NCBI GenBank assembly: GCA_963775685.1
Contig: CAVZJV010000014.1
Span: 1,280,001 to 1,344,000, forward strand
DNA from: Candidatus Bathyarchaeota archaeon
GTDB lineage: Archaea; Thermoproteota; Bathyarchaeia; Bathyarchaeales; Bathycorpusculaceae
Direction: 5' to 3'
Length of the DNA: 64,000 nucleotides
The first letter of the stretch is position 1. Every line of letters begins with the position of its first letter. Shown piece by piece: positions 11,112-20,570 of this stretch. The translations under genes and the position numbers were made by a program. The notes beneath the pieces were generated by a model that did not search any database, had not been told where the DNA came from, and saw nothing but the letters and a program-made list of their open reading frames with translations.

Positions 11112-11705
11112 TCACTGTTTTGAAATAGTAGTCACTACGTTGGCTAATTCTATCTTGCCGAATGGAGTTAATTTAACAAACTCATTGTCTAGATTGTTGA
11201 ATAAACCTGCTTTGTTTTTGAAGTTAGAAACAAAATCATTGGAATCATAAACGTCGAAGCCCATACATCTCTGTCTAACAGTCTTGATTGAAAACTCAAA
11301 GGCATTGTTGGGAGTTACCAAGGCATTTTCAAATGCAGCCAGTAAAGCTATCTGAATTTGTGCAACAGCCTTCCTTTTTTCGCTAATTCTATAAATAGGT
11401 CGAGCACCGTCTTTTTCTCTAATAAACAATTTATTAACTATTTCATCAGATATCGCATTTTGTCTTAAGAAAAAATTGAGGTCACTAGGAAAGTCCTGGG
11501 CTTCAGGCGCACCGTTTTTATTATGCACAGAAGAGGAATTTTTGTTTTCTATATTGTTGGATAAACAGCCGTTTAATAAAACTTCAAAACATTTTTCACG
11601 ATATCTTTCATCAATCGTGTTTGTGAAATTAATAATTTCTTCTATGGGCTTTCTAAATTTTTCGTATTCATTAGCTTTAATGGGGGTTTCAATAGCAGTT
11701 GCCAT
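11112..11705 (-). CDS. Hypothetical protein, possible C-terminal winged helix
   Basis: 197-aa AT-rich ORF; C-terminal VKLTPFGK resembles a wHTH wing/turn. Confidence 0.6.
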   Translation of the reverse strand: MATAIETPIKANEYEKFRKPIEEIINFTNTIDERYREKCFEVLLNGCLSNNIENKNSSSVHNKNGAPEAQDFPSDLNFFLRQNAISDEIVNKLFIREKDGARPIYRISEKRKAVAQIQIALLAAFENALVTPNNAFEFSIKTVRQRCMGFDVYDSNDFVSNFKNKAGLFNNLDNEFVKLTPFGKIELANVVTTISKQ

Positions 11706-11877
11706 TCAGAGTAGCCCTCTTTGAGGATTATTGAATACAAAAAGATTTTTGAAGAAATAAGCGTTGACGTGTTATGTAAATTACAACAAAATATGTTCTG
11801 AGTGCTCAGACTAAGGCAATGATGCAGTTTGAAAAATTAAAAATAAAGTCAAATTTCGCGTCTATTAAATGGATTGC

Positions 11878-12309
11878 TTATTGTTTAACCTGGTGGCCGC
11901 ATGAGTAGCATTTTCCATCATGAACGCAGACCACATCACCACAGACTGGGCATTGATACTTCACACCTTGACTTTTCAGGAATTCTTCCAGCCCTTCTTT
12001 CTTTAACTCCTCAAGGTTTTCAATCATGCTCATGCTGTAGCGTTCGCGGTAGCGTTTGTCTAATTGTACGAGCTTTTCGCATGGAATTGAGTCGCATTGA
12101 CTACAATTTTGGATTTGGTGTTTGGAGAGTTTTTTACATCCTCGTTTGATGTAGCAGTTTTTTGCTCGGCGAATGCAGCTTGCACAGTGGCTCACTTTTC
12201 CTTTTTTCTTTGGGATTCCGTGGGTGCAAGCTAAGTATGCTTTGCATATTCCACAGTTCATGCCGCAGGGTGCAATGAGTTCAGGCCTGAATTTGGTTTG
12301 AGTCATCAA
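11878..12309 (-). CDS. DUF3795-family Cys-rich protein with C-terminal Zn ribbon
   Basis: Motifs IAPCGMNCGIC, CASC, C..C...PC and CPVCG...CYSC. Confidence 0.8.
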   Translation of the reverse strand: MMTQTKFRPELIAPCGMNCGICKAYLACTHGIPKKKGKVSHCASCIRRAKNCYIKRGCKKLSKHQIQNCSQCDSIPCEKLVQLDKRYRERYSMSMIENLEELKKEGLEEFLKSQGVKYQCPVCGDVVCVHDGKCYSCGHQVKQ

Positions 12310-12628
12310 TTGGTTATTAGATGTTAACAGTTTAATTGAGTTACGCTTTTGGGAAAATATTGGGTTAGCTATGTTTGAGGGATAATTCTTAATAAGCTTA
12401 GAAAAATGCCTGATAACTATAACCCATTTTTTATGCGATGTCTGGAAGGTAAGAAATGAAGAAGGGGTTGCTGAATTTCTTAAAATTGAAAGTAAGAAAG
12501 AGGAAAAATTTCAAACCTCTTTAATTACAGCTTCAATAGCGGAAATCAAATCCAGAGCTCTCAGCCCCAGCTTTACTCCAATGTATTTCAAGACTAAAAA
12601 AGGGGAAAGATTGTTTTGTTTGAAGTTT

Positions 12629-13090
12629 TTATGGTCGTTTTCTTAGAGCTATGATAATGACTGCGCCGACAACTATGATTGCAATGATAATGCCGATGAT
12701 GCCTGGTAGCAAATAGAGATCTGCCATTGATACTGGTTGTGTTGGTTGTGGTGTTGGTGTTGCTGCTACTTCGTCTACTGAGAAGGCTGCTTCGGCAGAT
12801 GATGGCCAGTAGCCGTTCGTGCCTGCGAAGGTTGCGGTGACGCTGTATTTACCGGTGATATCAGGTGTCCAGTGTAGACTGTAGAAACCGCGTGCATCAG
12901 TAGTTGTCGTGCCAATGGTTCGATAGTTGCCGTTTGCGTCAACAACACTGAGTGTAACTTCTACACCAATGAAGTTTGTTGGCAATGGTTTCTGTTGGTA
13001 CACATAGCCCATCCAGTAAGACATAGATGCGTCTGATGACACTGGGACTCGGTTGTGGAATCTTGTTGCTTGTTCATCTTGTGCGGGTTG
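12629..13090 (-). pseudogene. C-terminal fragment of the PQQ-like beta-propeller surface protein family
   Basis: DEQATRF..VPVSSDASMSYWMGYVYQQKP...WTPDITGKY...YWPSSAE...TM-RKRP closely parallels 2343-2800. No upstream part is present. Confidence 0.8.
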
Positions 13091-13320
13091 ACTTTACAAG
13101 AGGTTTTATCCATTCAGTAAGTAGTCAATTTTTGCTTAATCTCAAAATTTCAAAAAAGATTGGGACTTTGACTGCATGGTTGATGTTGAAAGAATCAAGG
13201 TTGGAAAACAACAGAGTATTGATACGTTGATTAGTGAAGAAGCTTTGTTGTTTGCTAAATTCCTGAGAAACGAAAGAAAAGAATGGATTCCAAGAACTGT
13301 AAATATCCCAAAGCACGCAA
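13090..13320 (+). pseudogene. Probable C-terminal relic of a stand-alone Cas1-family endonuclease
   Basis: MVDVERIKVGKQQSIDTLISEEALLFAKFLRNERKEWIPR matches my recollection of archaeal solo-Cas1 C-termini (VEIPRIxVGKxQTIETLINEEALLLAKxLRxE..WxPR). Not searched. Confidence 0.55.
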
Positions 13321-13433
13321 TATATTCCAAAAAGGAAAAAATAGACAGTTTCGAAAGACCCATTATTGACAAGCTTAGTTCTTCAAGAGCGAGCGGTTTA
13401 ACTCTATTTTAATAAAATGTTTTACAGTGAGTT

Positions 13434-13477
13434 CTGAAGATGTTAGTAATTTTTTTGACTAACTACAAAATAAGAAT
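13434..13477 (+). promoter_or_regulatory. Copy 1 of ~44-bp shared upstream motif (core TTTTTTGACTAACTA)
   Basis: Aligns with 16318-16360. Confidence 0.7.
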
Positions 13478-13652
13478 TCCCTTTTCATAATAGAAGTATT
13501 AGTAGGTGAATAAATTGAAAAAAAAAGCGCGTGACAAAATTGTTTGCAGATATACCCACTATTTTTAAAGTAACTCCCATGGCAGTCTCGTGCACAACAC
13601 TAGCAACTTTTCGGATAAAAGCAACTACCAATTATGGTTAAAGTGAAGTAAA

Positions 13653-13989
13653 ATGAAAGACAAACCGGTACCAAGAATGCTTGCCAGCATAGGGCTTTCC
13701 GCAGTTGATACTGAAGTCTATATTTGTTTAGCTAAACATGGTCCCAGAAGGGTCTCAGACTTGACTAATGAACTCAAGTTTTCAAAAAACGAAGTTGAAG
13801 TTAGCCTAAAAAAACTTCAGGATATAAGAATGGTTACTCCCAATATTAAACATCAGCCGCTGTTTTTTGCTAAGCCTTTCAATAAAAGTTCTTGATTGGT
13901 TGATTAAATCTAGAATTCATCAAGCTGAACTCTTGGAAAGAGATCGAGATGAGTTGGTTGAAATTTGGAAAATTATGCTTAAAGCTTGA
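13653..13989 (+). CDS. Small stand-alone TrmB-family wHTH regulator; one frameshift near 13885
   Basis: LASIGLSAVDTEVYICLAKHGP...SLKKLQ..MV. Removing one A continues the frame as KVLDWLIKSRIHQAELLE...W to TGA at 13989. Confidence 0.8.
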
Positions 13990-14020
13990 TTGATTTCTGT
14001 ACTTAACCGCCACAATATTT

Positions 14021-14054
14021 GTGCAAATAGCTATATCAAAAGCTATTTTTGCAC
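14021..14054. promoter_or_regulatory. Imperfect inverted repeat GTGCAAATAGCT-N8-AGCTATTTTTGCAC between the two TrmB genes
   Basis: Directly visible. Confidence 0.45.
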
Positions 14055-14123
14055 TTTCAATATTACTGTATCTTAGGAGAATTAACTGCTTAAGGCATTA
14101 GTCAAAAAGGTGTTCATTAAGAT

Positions 14124-16174
14124 TTGAATGAAAGAATAGTTAAAGCACTTAAAAATCTTGGGCTTTCAGAAACAGATGTCCAAGTGTATGTTTTTCTTTC
14201 AAAAAAAGGGCCTCAAAAAGTTAGAGAGATATCCAAAGCGTTAGGAATTTACAGGCAGCAACTCTATCTTAGTCTCAAAAGCTTGCAGAGCAAAGGAATT
14301 GTGAGTGCTACATTTGAACACCCTGCAAATTTTTCAGCGATTCCCTTTGAGAAAGTTCTGGATATGTTCGTTAAATCAAAGTTGGAGGAAGCAAAGAAAA
14401 TTCAGGTTGAGAAAGACGAACTTATCACAAACTGGCAGACTTTGCAGATAGGGGAAAAGCGGGATAACGTTGCCAAATTTATGGTTATTGAAGGTAGATC
14501 AATCATCTATGCTCGAATTAGACAGATGATAGGAGAAACATCAAACTCTCTTTCAATAATATCTTCGGTTCCGGGTCTAGTTCGTGCCGATCAATTTGGT
14601 CTTATTGATGATAGTTTCAATGTGGCAATAAAGGACAAAATTAAGGTATGGTTTCTAACCCATTTATCTAAGAAAGACGCACACTTAATTAAACCCCTTC
14701 TTGAAAGAGTTAACCAACTGACCCCTTATTTTGAAGGCAGAAACCCCGACTTTGAATAAAGTTCATTTCCCCGGATGGTTATTCGCGACAAAGAAGTTAT
14801 TTTTTTTATTTCATCAAGTACAGATGCTCCTGATTCCGAGCAGGAAAATGTTTGCCTTTGGACAAACTGCCAATCTCTTGTTAAGGCATTCAGCACAATT
14901 TTTGAGGAGATGTGGTCTAATTCGGTTAGCCTCGACAAAAAATTAATTGAAATCGAAACGGGCAACCTATCGTCTAAAACGAGCATAATTTCAGATTCAG
15001 AAAAAGCCGAGAAAATCTGCACTGAAATCATTGATTCTGCAAAAAAAGAAATAATCATACTAACTTCATCTGGTGGACTAATCCAAAATTGGAGAACGCA
15101 AACAAACTTAAGAGAAAGTTCTCAGAAAGGAGTTACTGTAAAAATTTTAGCACCTATAGTTATGGGTAATCTAGAAGCTGCACATGAACTTAGCAGATTC
15201 TGCTTAGTAAAACATGTTCGAATAAGCTATCAACCGATGACAATTGTTGATGAAAAGCGTCTTTTCCAGTTTAAATCGCATCTTTCAAATCATAAGCTGC
15301 TCGAACCGCCAACCTTCCAAGACACATTCTACTCCAGTGATCTTAAACACATAAAGAAGATGAGAGCTGTTTTTAATGAATTGTGGATTAACGCCAAGTC
15401 ACCTTCATCAATTACTTTGGAAAAAGCAATGGGATCATTAGAATCGTTTGCAGACCCTTCGGAATGTCCTTGGAAGAGGCTAAATGATTTCAAAGTAGCG
15501 GAAGAACAAGATTTGGAACCTTTGACCGAAAAAGATCTGTTGAATAAGATCATGAACGCTAAAAAATTTCTTGTAAAGGATCCTATTAAGGATACTATAA
15601 GGATCTATGGAAGTACAGCAGCGGCTGTTATTCATACACCTGAAACATTCAACCTTCCAGATATGATTATCCTGATTTGCCATTTTGACGAACAATCGTC
15701 GTCGGGAGCAGATGAAGCCATAATAATCAATCTTCTACTAGACACTCCCAAAGGGCGATCCTTCGTACCTGTTGCTATTGCTAACACCTACCCTCAAAGT
15801 CAAATTGGTTTTAGACACATGTACGCGAACACTCCTGCTGCAGACAATATTCGGCTTATTAAAGAAAAAGAAATACAGATTCGAATACACTGCAACAATC
15901 TATTCGCAGCTGGAATGTCCCTATCCAGCTTTATCCCCCGAAATACGTACTTCCGCCTGCATGTATCCAATTTGAAGGATACGGAGAAGTTAAGACACAA
16001 GTACATACTATAATTTAACCTTCTGGCTGGAAACATAAACATGAACAGAACCACTTTGATGCATTTGTAACCTTCATGCATCCAACATCAATGTATTCTG
16101 GACCGGGAACAGACGGCAGATTCATCAGAGACATTATTATCACAATGATTCCACCGAAAATCCAAAGTCATTAA
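14124..16174 (+). pseudogene. Large TrmB-family regulator: wHTH + two PLD-like TrmB sensor domains + C-terminal unknown domain; interrupted
   Basis: N-terminal LGLSETDVQVYVFL..KGP. In-frame TAA at 14757-14759 (ORF 14775 is in the same frame), frameshift near 15910, a second TAA near 16016, natural stop at 16174. Confidence 0.8.
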
Positions 16175-16317
16175 TTCTCAATTTTAGCCTTTATCAGTCC
16201 GTTAGAATTGAAAGTAATAGCTTGCAAGTTAATGGACTTGATAGAAAATCTTTGAATCTGTTAAGAGAGAGTAAATTCGATTTCAATTACACATTTTATT
16301 CAGGTTGAATTGAATTA

Positions 16318-16360
16318 CTGAAGTGTCGGTAAATTTTTTGACTAACTATAGAATAAGAAT
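16318..16360 (+). promoter_or_regulatory. Copy 2 of shared upstream motif
   Basis: CTGAAGTGTCGGTAAATTTTTTGACTAACTATAGAATAAGAAT vs CTGAAGATGTTAGTAATTTTTTTGACTAACTACAAAATAAGAAT at 13434. Confidence 0.7.
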
Positions 16361-16422
16361 AACTTTTGAGTAACAGCATTATTGAGCTAAATTGAGTTTT
16401 AAGAGGAGGTGAAAAAGCAAAC

Positions 16423-17085
16423 ATGAAAATCAGAAGAATAGTCCTGGGGACTGCTCTTGCTTTGTCTCTTACAATCGTTGTTTTGGCAGCTGAAGTTGCA
16501 CCAGCGCTCGCCGAAGTGACGCATAATGGACACATTAGCGTAAGTGGTGTTACTCTTATCGACATTGAGGGTCATCACCTATTATGGTATTTGCACTTCA
16601 CTATGACAGGGGCGACTATGGTCCAGGAGATTTCCTTGAAGTCGATACGCAGCAAAATATCCCAGGGCATGGACTTGTTTGGGCGCCTGCGGCTATTATA
16701 GCAGACAGCAATTCAATAGTTGACTTACAAAAGTTCATTTATGCTGGACTCCCTCCTGTAAACAATATTGTGAAGGTTAAAAACTTCGAGCTTCAAGTGT
16801 ACAGAATAGGCAAAGTTGTTTTCGCATATTGGATCGTGCCAATAACATCAGCAGCTGTAACGTTGCCTCTGGGTGCTTACTGTTTAAAGGAAACGGCGGT
16901 ATCAAAGATTGGCATCCACAATATTTGCTGCCAAATGTGGCATTTGGCTTTGATAAGGTGGGTTTTGATGCACATGCAACTTTGTTCTGTCCAACGTGGA
17001 GGTACTTTGTACCTGTTGGAGATCGAACACATCGATTGGTGTTGATGTTAACTGGTGGGTAACGTTTACTCCACCTCCAACATAA
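16423..17085 (+). CDS. Secreted ~220-aa protein homologous to the TrmB C-terminal domain; 3 frameshifts
   Basis: RBS GGAGGTG and signal peptide MKIRRIVLGTALALSLTIVVLAAEVAPALA. ORFs 16423, 16584 and 16829 chain together and end ...VTFTPPPT*. A T-tract follows. Confidence 0.7.
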
Positions 17086-17493
17086 ATGTTCAATAGAGCA
17101 TTAAAGCTCCTTTTTCTTTTTTCTTTAAGTTCAATATTCTTCTTAAGCTTCACTTTTCCTTTTGGGTAGTAACGATATTTTGTTAAGCCGTGCTTGTGAC
17201 AGGCATTATTCTTTTTTTGTTGTGGTAACGGTGGTAGAAGAGGTATAGGGGTGTAGGGTTAAGTTAAGGGTGAAGTATTTGGTCGGGAAGTATTGCAGTA
17301 GTGGTGTTAGCGTGGTGAGTGTTAGGCGTGTTAGCGTGTGGAGAAAAACAGAGAGAAAAAGATTAAACTTTAATCAAATATTGGTTATATGGACTCGAGA
17401 TAGCTATTCGGGTTTGGACGATAATTATCGCAGTATTTACCAATAATTCTTAATTATGCCGTCCGATAAATGGAGTGGCTGAGGTACAATAAA

Positions 17494-18555
17494 ATGGTAA
17501 AAATGGATTTTGGAGGCGTCAAAGAGGACGTCATCACTAGAAAAGAGTTCACATTAGCACAAGCCCAAAAAATTCTAAAAGACGAGGTTGTCGTTTCACT
17601 TGGCTACGGAATACAAGGCCAAGCTCAATCACTTAACATGCGTGATCAAGGAGTAAAAGTAATTATCGGGCAAGAAAAAGAAGGCGTATTCAAAAAAGAA
17701 TGGGACAAAGCTGTTGCCGACGGATGGGTTCCAGGCAAAAACCTCTTTCCTATGGAAGAAGCGGCCAAAATGGGCACAATCAAACTCTTCCTTTTAACCG
17801 ATTCAGGACAAAAAGCAGTCTGGCCAAAAGTCAAAGCAACCCTCAAAGCTGGAGATGCACTCTACTTTAGCCATGGTTTTAGCATAGTTTACAAAGAACA
17901 AACAGGCGTTATCCCACCAAAAGACATAGACGTAATCCTCGTTGCACCAAAAGGCTCCGGCACATCTGTGCGCAGAAACTTTATTGACGGAAGTGGCATA
18001 AACTGCAGCTTTGCAGTCTTTCAAGACGCAACAGGTAAAGCCGAAGAACGCGCTAAAGCGCTTGGCATCGCCATAGGTGGAGGATACCTCTTTCCAACCA
18101 CATTTGAGAAAGAAACTTACAGTGACCTAACAGGCGAACGCGGAACACTTATGGGTGCACTCGCAGGCATACTAGAAGCCCAATACAAAACCTTGCGCGA
18201 GCATGGACACAGCCCAAGCGAAGCATTCAATGAAAGCGTCGAAGAACTAACACAAAGCCTAATCAGACTTGTCGACGAGAACGGCATGGACTGGATGTAC
18301 TGCAACTGCAGCGAAACCGCACGCATCGGTGCTCTACGCTGGAGAAGCCGTTTCCGCGAAGCAACTCAACCAGTCTTTGACTCGCTCTACGAGCTTGTCG
18401 CTGCAGGTGAAGAAACACGTATTGTCCTAGAAAAAAGCAAGGCACCAGACTACCGCCAGAAACTAGCTGAAGAACTCAAAGAGATGGGTAACAGCGAAAT
18501 GTGGCGTGCAGGCGCAACAGTGCGTTCTCTGCGCCCAAAACAAAAGAAAGAGTAA
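17494..18555 (+). CDS. ilvC: Ketol-acid reductoisomerase
   Basis: Motifs LGYGIQGQAQSLN, YFSHGF, DVILVAPKGSG, SDLTGERGTLMG and EAFNESVEE. Confidence 0.95.
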   Translation: MVKMDFGGVKEDVITRKEFTLAQAQKILKDEVVVSLGYGIQGQAQSLNMRDQGVKVIIGQEKEGVFKKEWDKAVADGWVPGKNLFPMEEAAKMGTIKLFLLTDSGQKAVWPKVKATLKAGDALYFSHGFSIVYKEQTGVIPPKDIDVILVAPKGSGTSVRRNFIDGSGINCSFAVFQDATGKAEERAKALGIAIGGGYLFPTTFEKETYSDLTGERGTLMGALAGILEAQYKTLREHGHSPSEAFNESVEELTQSLIRLVDENGMDWMYCNCSETARIGALRWRSRFREATQPVFDSLYELVAAGEETRIVLEKSKAPDYRQKLAEELKEMGNSEMWRAGATVRSLRPKQKKE

Positions 18556-18592
18556 AACTCTTTTTTTCTACTTTTTAGTGTTTAAATTTTCA

Positions 18593-19366
18593 TTACATTA
18601 AAAAATAATCTTTGCAATTATTAGCTTTACCCATGAAGTCAGTTAAGGCCTGATTTTCAGAGGTCAAATCAGCGACACCCAACATGTAGGAAGGATGCTT
18701 CTCTAATTCCACCTCTTTAGTATAGGGGGTTTTAGTAAAGCGCAGCACGGTGTTTGCTTTTTGATTTGTTAATTCTTGTAGAATCTTGTTTCTTCTGCTG
18801 CTTTCATGTGAGAGAAAGGTTGCAATTATTATCAAGTGATATTTTTTTGCAAAGGTTGCAAGGTAATTCATAATTTGACCATAAAATGCTTTTGCTTCTT
18901 GGTCATCTACATTTTCATGTAAGAATGGACCTGCTATGTCGGAGATTACTATAAGTTTAGCATTACGAGTTTCAACGGCTTCTTGTAGTTTTTCCATTAC
19001 TATAGAAGTTAGTCGGTAGGCTGTGTACACTCGTATGTTGTGGACTCGTTCAAGTGCTGCTTTAGCGTCTAATTGTTCAAGCAACGCTGCGCGTCCAATA
19101 TCTGATAGTGAAGAGCTATTTGCACAGTCGATGAAAACAACATTGCTTTCCAATCCACCAAATTCCACTGGTAGCTGAGCACGGACACAAAGTTTAGAAA
19201 CTAAAGAAGTAACTGTTTGGGGACCATAGAGGACAGCGAAGTCTCCTGCTTTGAATCCTGGAAAAAGTCCATCTATGTTCTCTATGTTAAATGTGAAACG
19301 TGTTGGAGCCGGTTGTGCAATTGAAGGTTTGATTATTAATTTTGGTTGAAGCAGATTTTGTTGCAT
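18593..19366 (-). CDS. RadA/Rad51-like protein with degenerate Walker A
   Basis: Motifs LCVRAQLP..FGGLESNVVFIDCAN and LIVISDI. The P-loop position reads GPQTVTS instead of GxxGxGKT. Confidence 0.75.
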   Translation of the reverse strand: MQQNLLQPKLIIKPSIAQPAPTRFTFNIENIDGLFPGFKAGDFAVLYGPQTVTSLVSKLCVRAQLPVEFGGLESNVVFIDCANSSSLSDIGRAALLEQLDAKAALERVHNIRVYTAYRLTSIVMEKLQEAVETRNAKLIVISDIAGPFLHENVDDQEAKAFYGQIMNYLATFAKKYHLIIIATFLSHESSRRNKILQELTNQKANTVLRFTKTPYTKEVELEKHPSYMLGVADLTSENQALTDFMGKANNCKDYFLM

Positions 19367-19563
19367 ATTATTCCACGAAAATCTGTTACGACCAATCAGT
19401 CTATTTAAACTATCAGCGAAACTACAATCTTGAGTAGGGGAGGGTAGACTGAAAGTGAAACTGTTGACAATAATCAATCATAACCATTAACGTCTTTTGC
19501 CTCTGGAATTTTCGGTCTGATGCTACCTAAGTTCTCGCTTATTGGCAAGCTAATTTTTTATAC

Positions 19564-20050
19564 TTGAAAGTTACTCCAAGATATGCGAGGCTCAGTTTAG
19601 ACTACATCACAGTTGCAGCCATAGTCGTCTTCATAGTTACGCTATTTCTGATGATTAAACGTCCGCAGGGTTTGCGGCTGGGTTACGCAACTGGCATTGG
19701 CGCAGTTGCTTCGCTATTGTTCGACAAAGCTAGTTTGGGGCAGGCGGCACAGTTGTTTTTGGAAATTTGGATGCAGCGTTGGCTTTCGTGGGCATCATTA
19801 CTATGTCGGTGACCTCGGGATGCTTGGGTTTCTTTAGGTGGGCGGCCTACGGGTCATCAGGTTTTCCCGGCGGAAGTGGATGGAGGCTATATTTTACATT
19901 ACCATGCTAGCCGCAACTGTAAGCATACTTTTTGCCAATGATAGCGCAGTATTAATTCTCACCCCCCATCGTTCTGGAAATTGTCACTTGCTTGAGCATT
20001 TTAGACAAAAAGGGCAAGCTCGCAGTCCTATTCACGGCAGGACTCATCGC
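19564..20050 (+). pseudogene. Truncated, frameshifted ArsB/NhaD-type transporter
   Basis: FIVTLFLMIKRPQGL.LG...GIGA and SILFANDSAVLILTP are ArsB-like. Several frameshifts; the rest of the gene is missing. Confidence 0.7.
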
Positions 20051-20199
20051 GGTTGCCCTTGCCAAGAACTACCATGGACAAGAAACAAGTCCCTTCCAGA
20101 TGCTACAGGAAGCTCAAGTACCTTAATCACCGAAGAAGAAACCGAAGCGAAAGAACAGAAACCAAGCCAAATGTAAGAAACACAAGCAGCAGAAACAAG

Positions 20200-20570
20200 G
20201 ACCATCGAGGGCATATGCATACCTGAACTCTACCAAGCCGTCATGAAGACCTTTTCAGAGCAGTTGGAAGGTTGGAAGAAACGCAAACTCTTCGAGCGCC
20301 AATGGGTAAGTCGAGAACTTCAAGAAGACCACAGGCATGTCCATCGATGAAATGCAAACTACCCTGAAAGAGTTAGGAAACACTCTTAAAACAGGGGCTT
20401 CAACCACGGAATTCATTGAGCCACTCAATCAGTTGGCAGGTTATTATGTGCATCAACAAGGACAGCTTAGAGGTTTTGAGAAGAACCCGCAAAAGCTAGA
20501 GGAAAACCTGAAATTCATCGATTGCTGGGTTAACGACGCCGCAGCCCTGATAAAGATGCTAAACCGCTAG
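20200..20570 (+). pseudogene. Hypothetical protein fragment
   Basis: 77-aa ORF 20337-20570, with coding-like sequence upstream in a shifted frame. Confidence 0.35.

Noticed and set aside
2343-13090. Diversity-generating retroelement template/variable repeat pair
   Set aside because: The copies are diverged paralogues without adenine-specific mismatches, and no reverse transcriptase is present in the window.
14757-14759. Stop-codon recoding (Sec/Pyl) in the TrmB gene
   Set aside because: The codon is TAA, not TGA or TAG, and the gene has further lesions.
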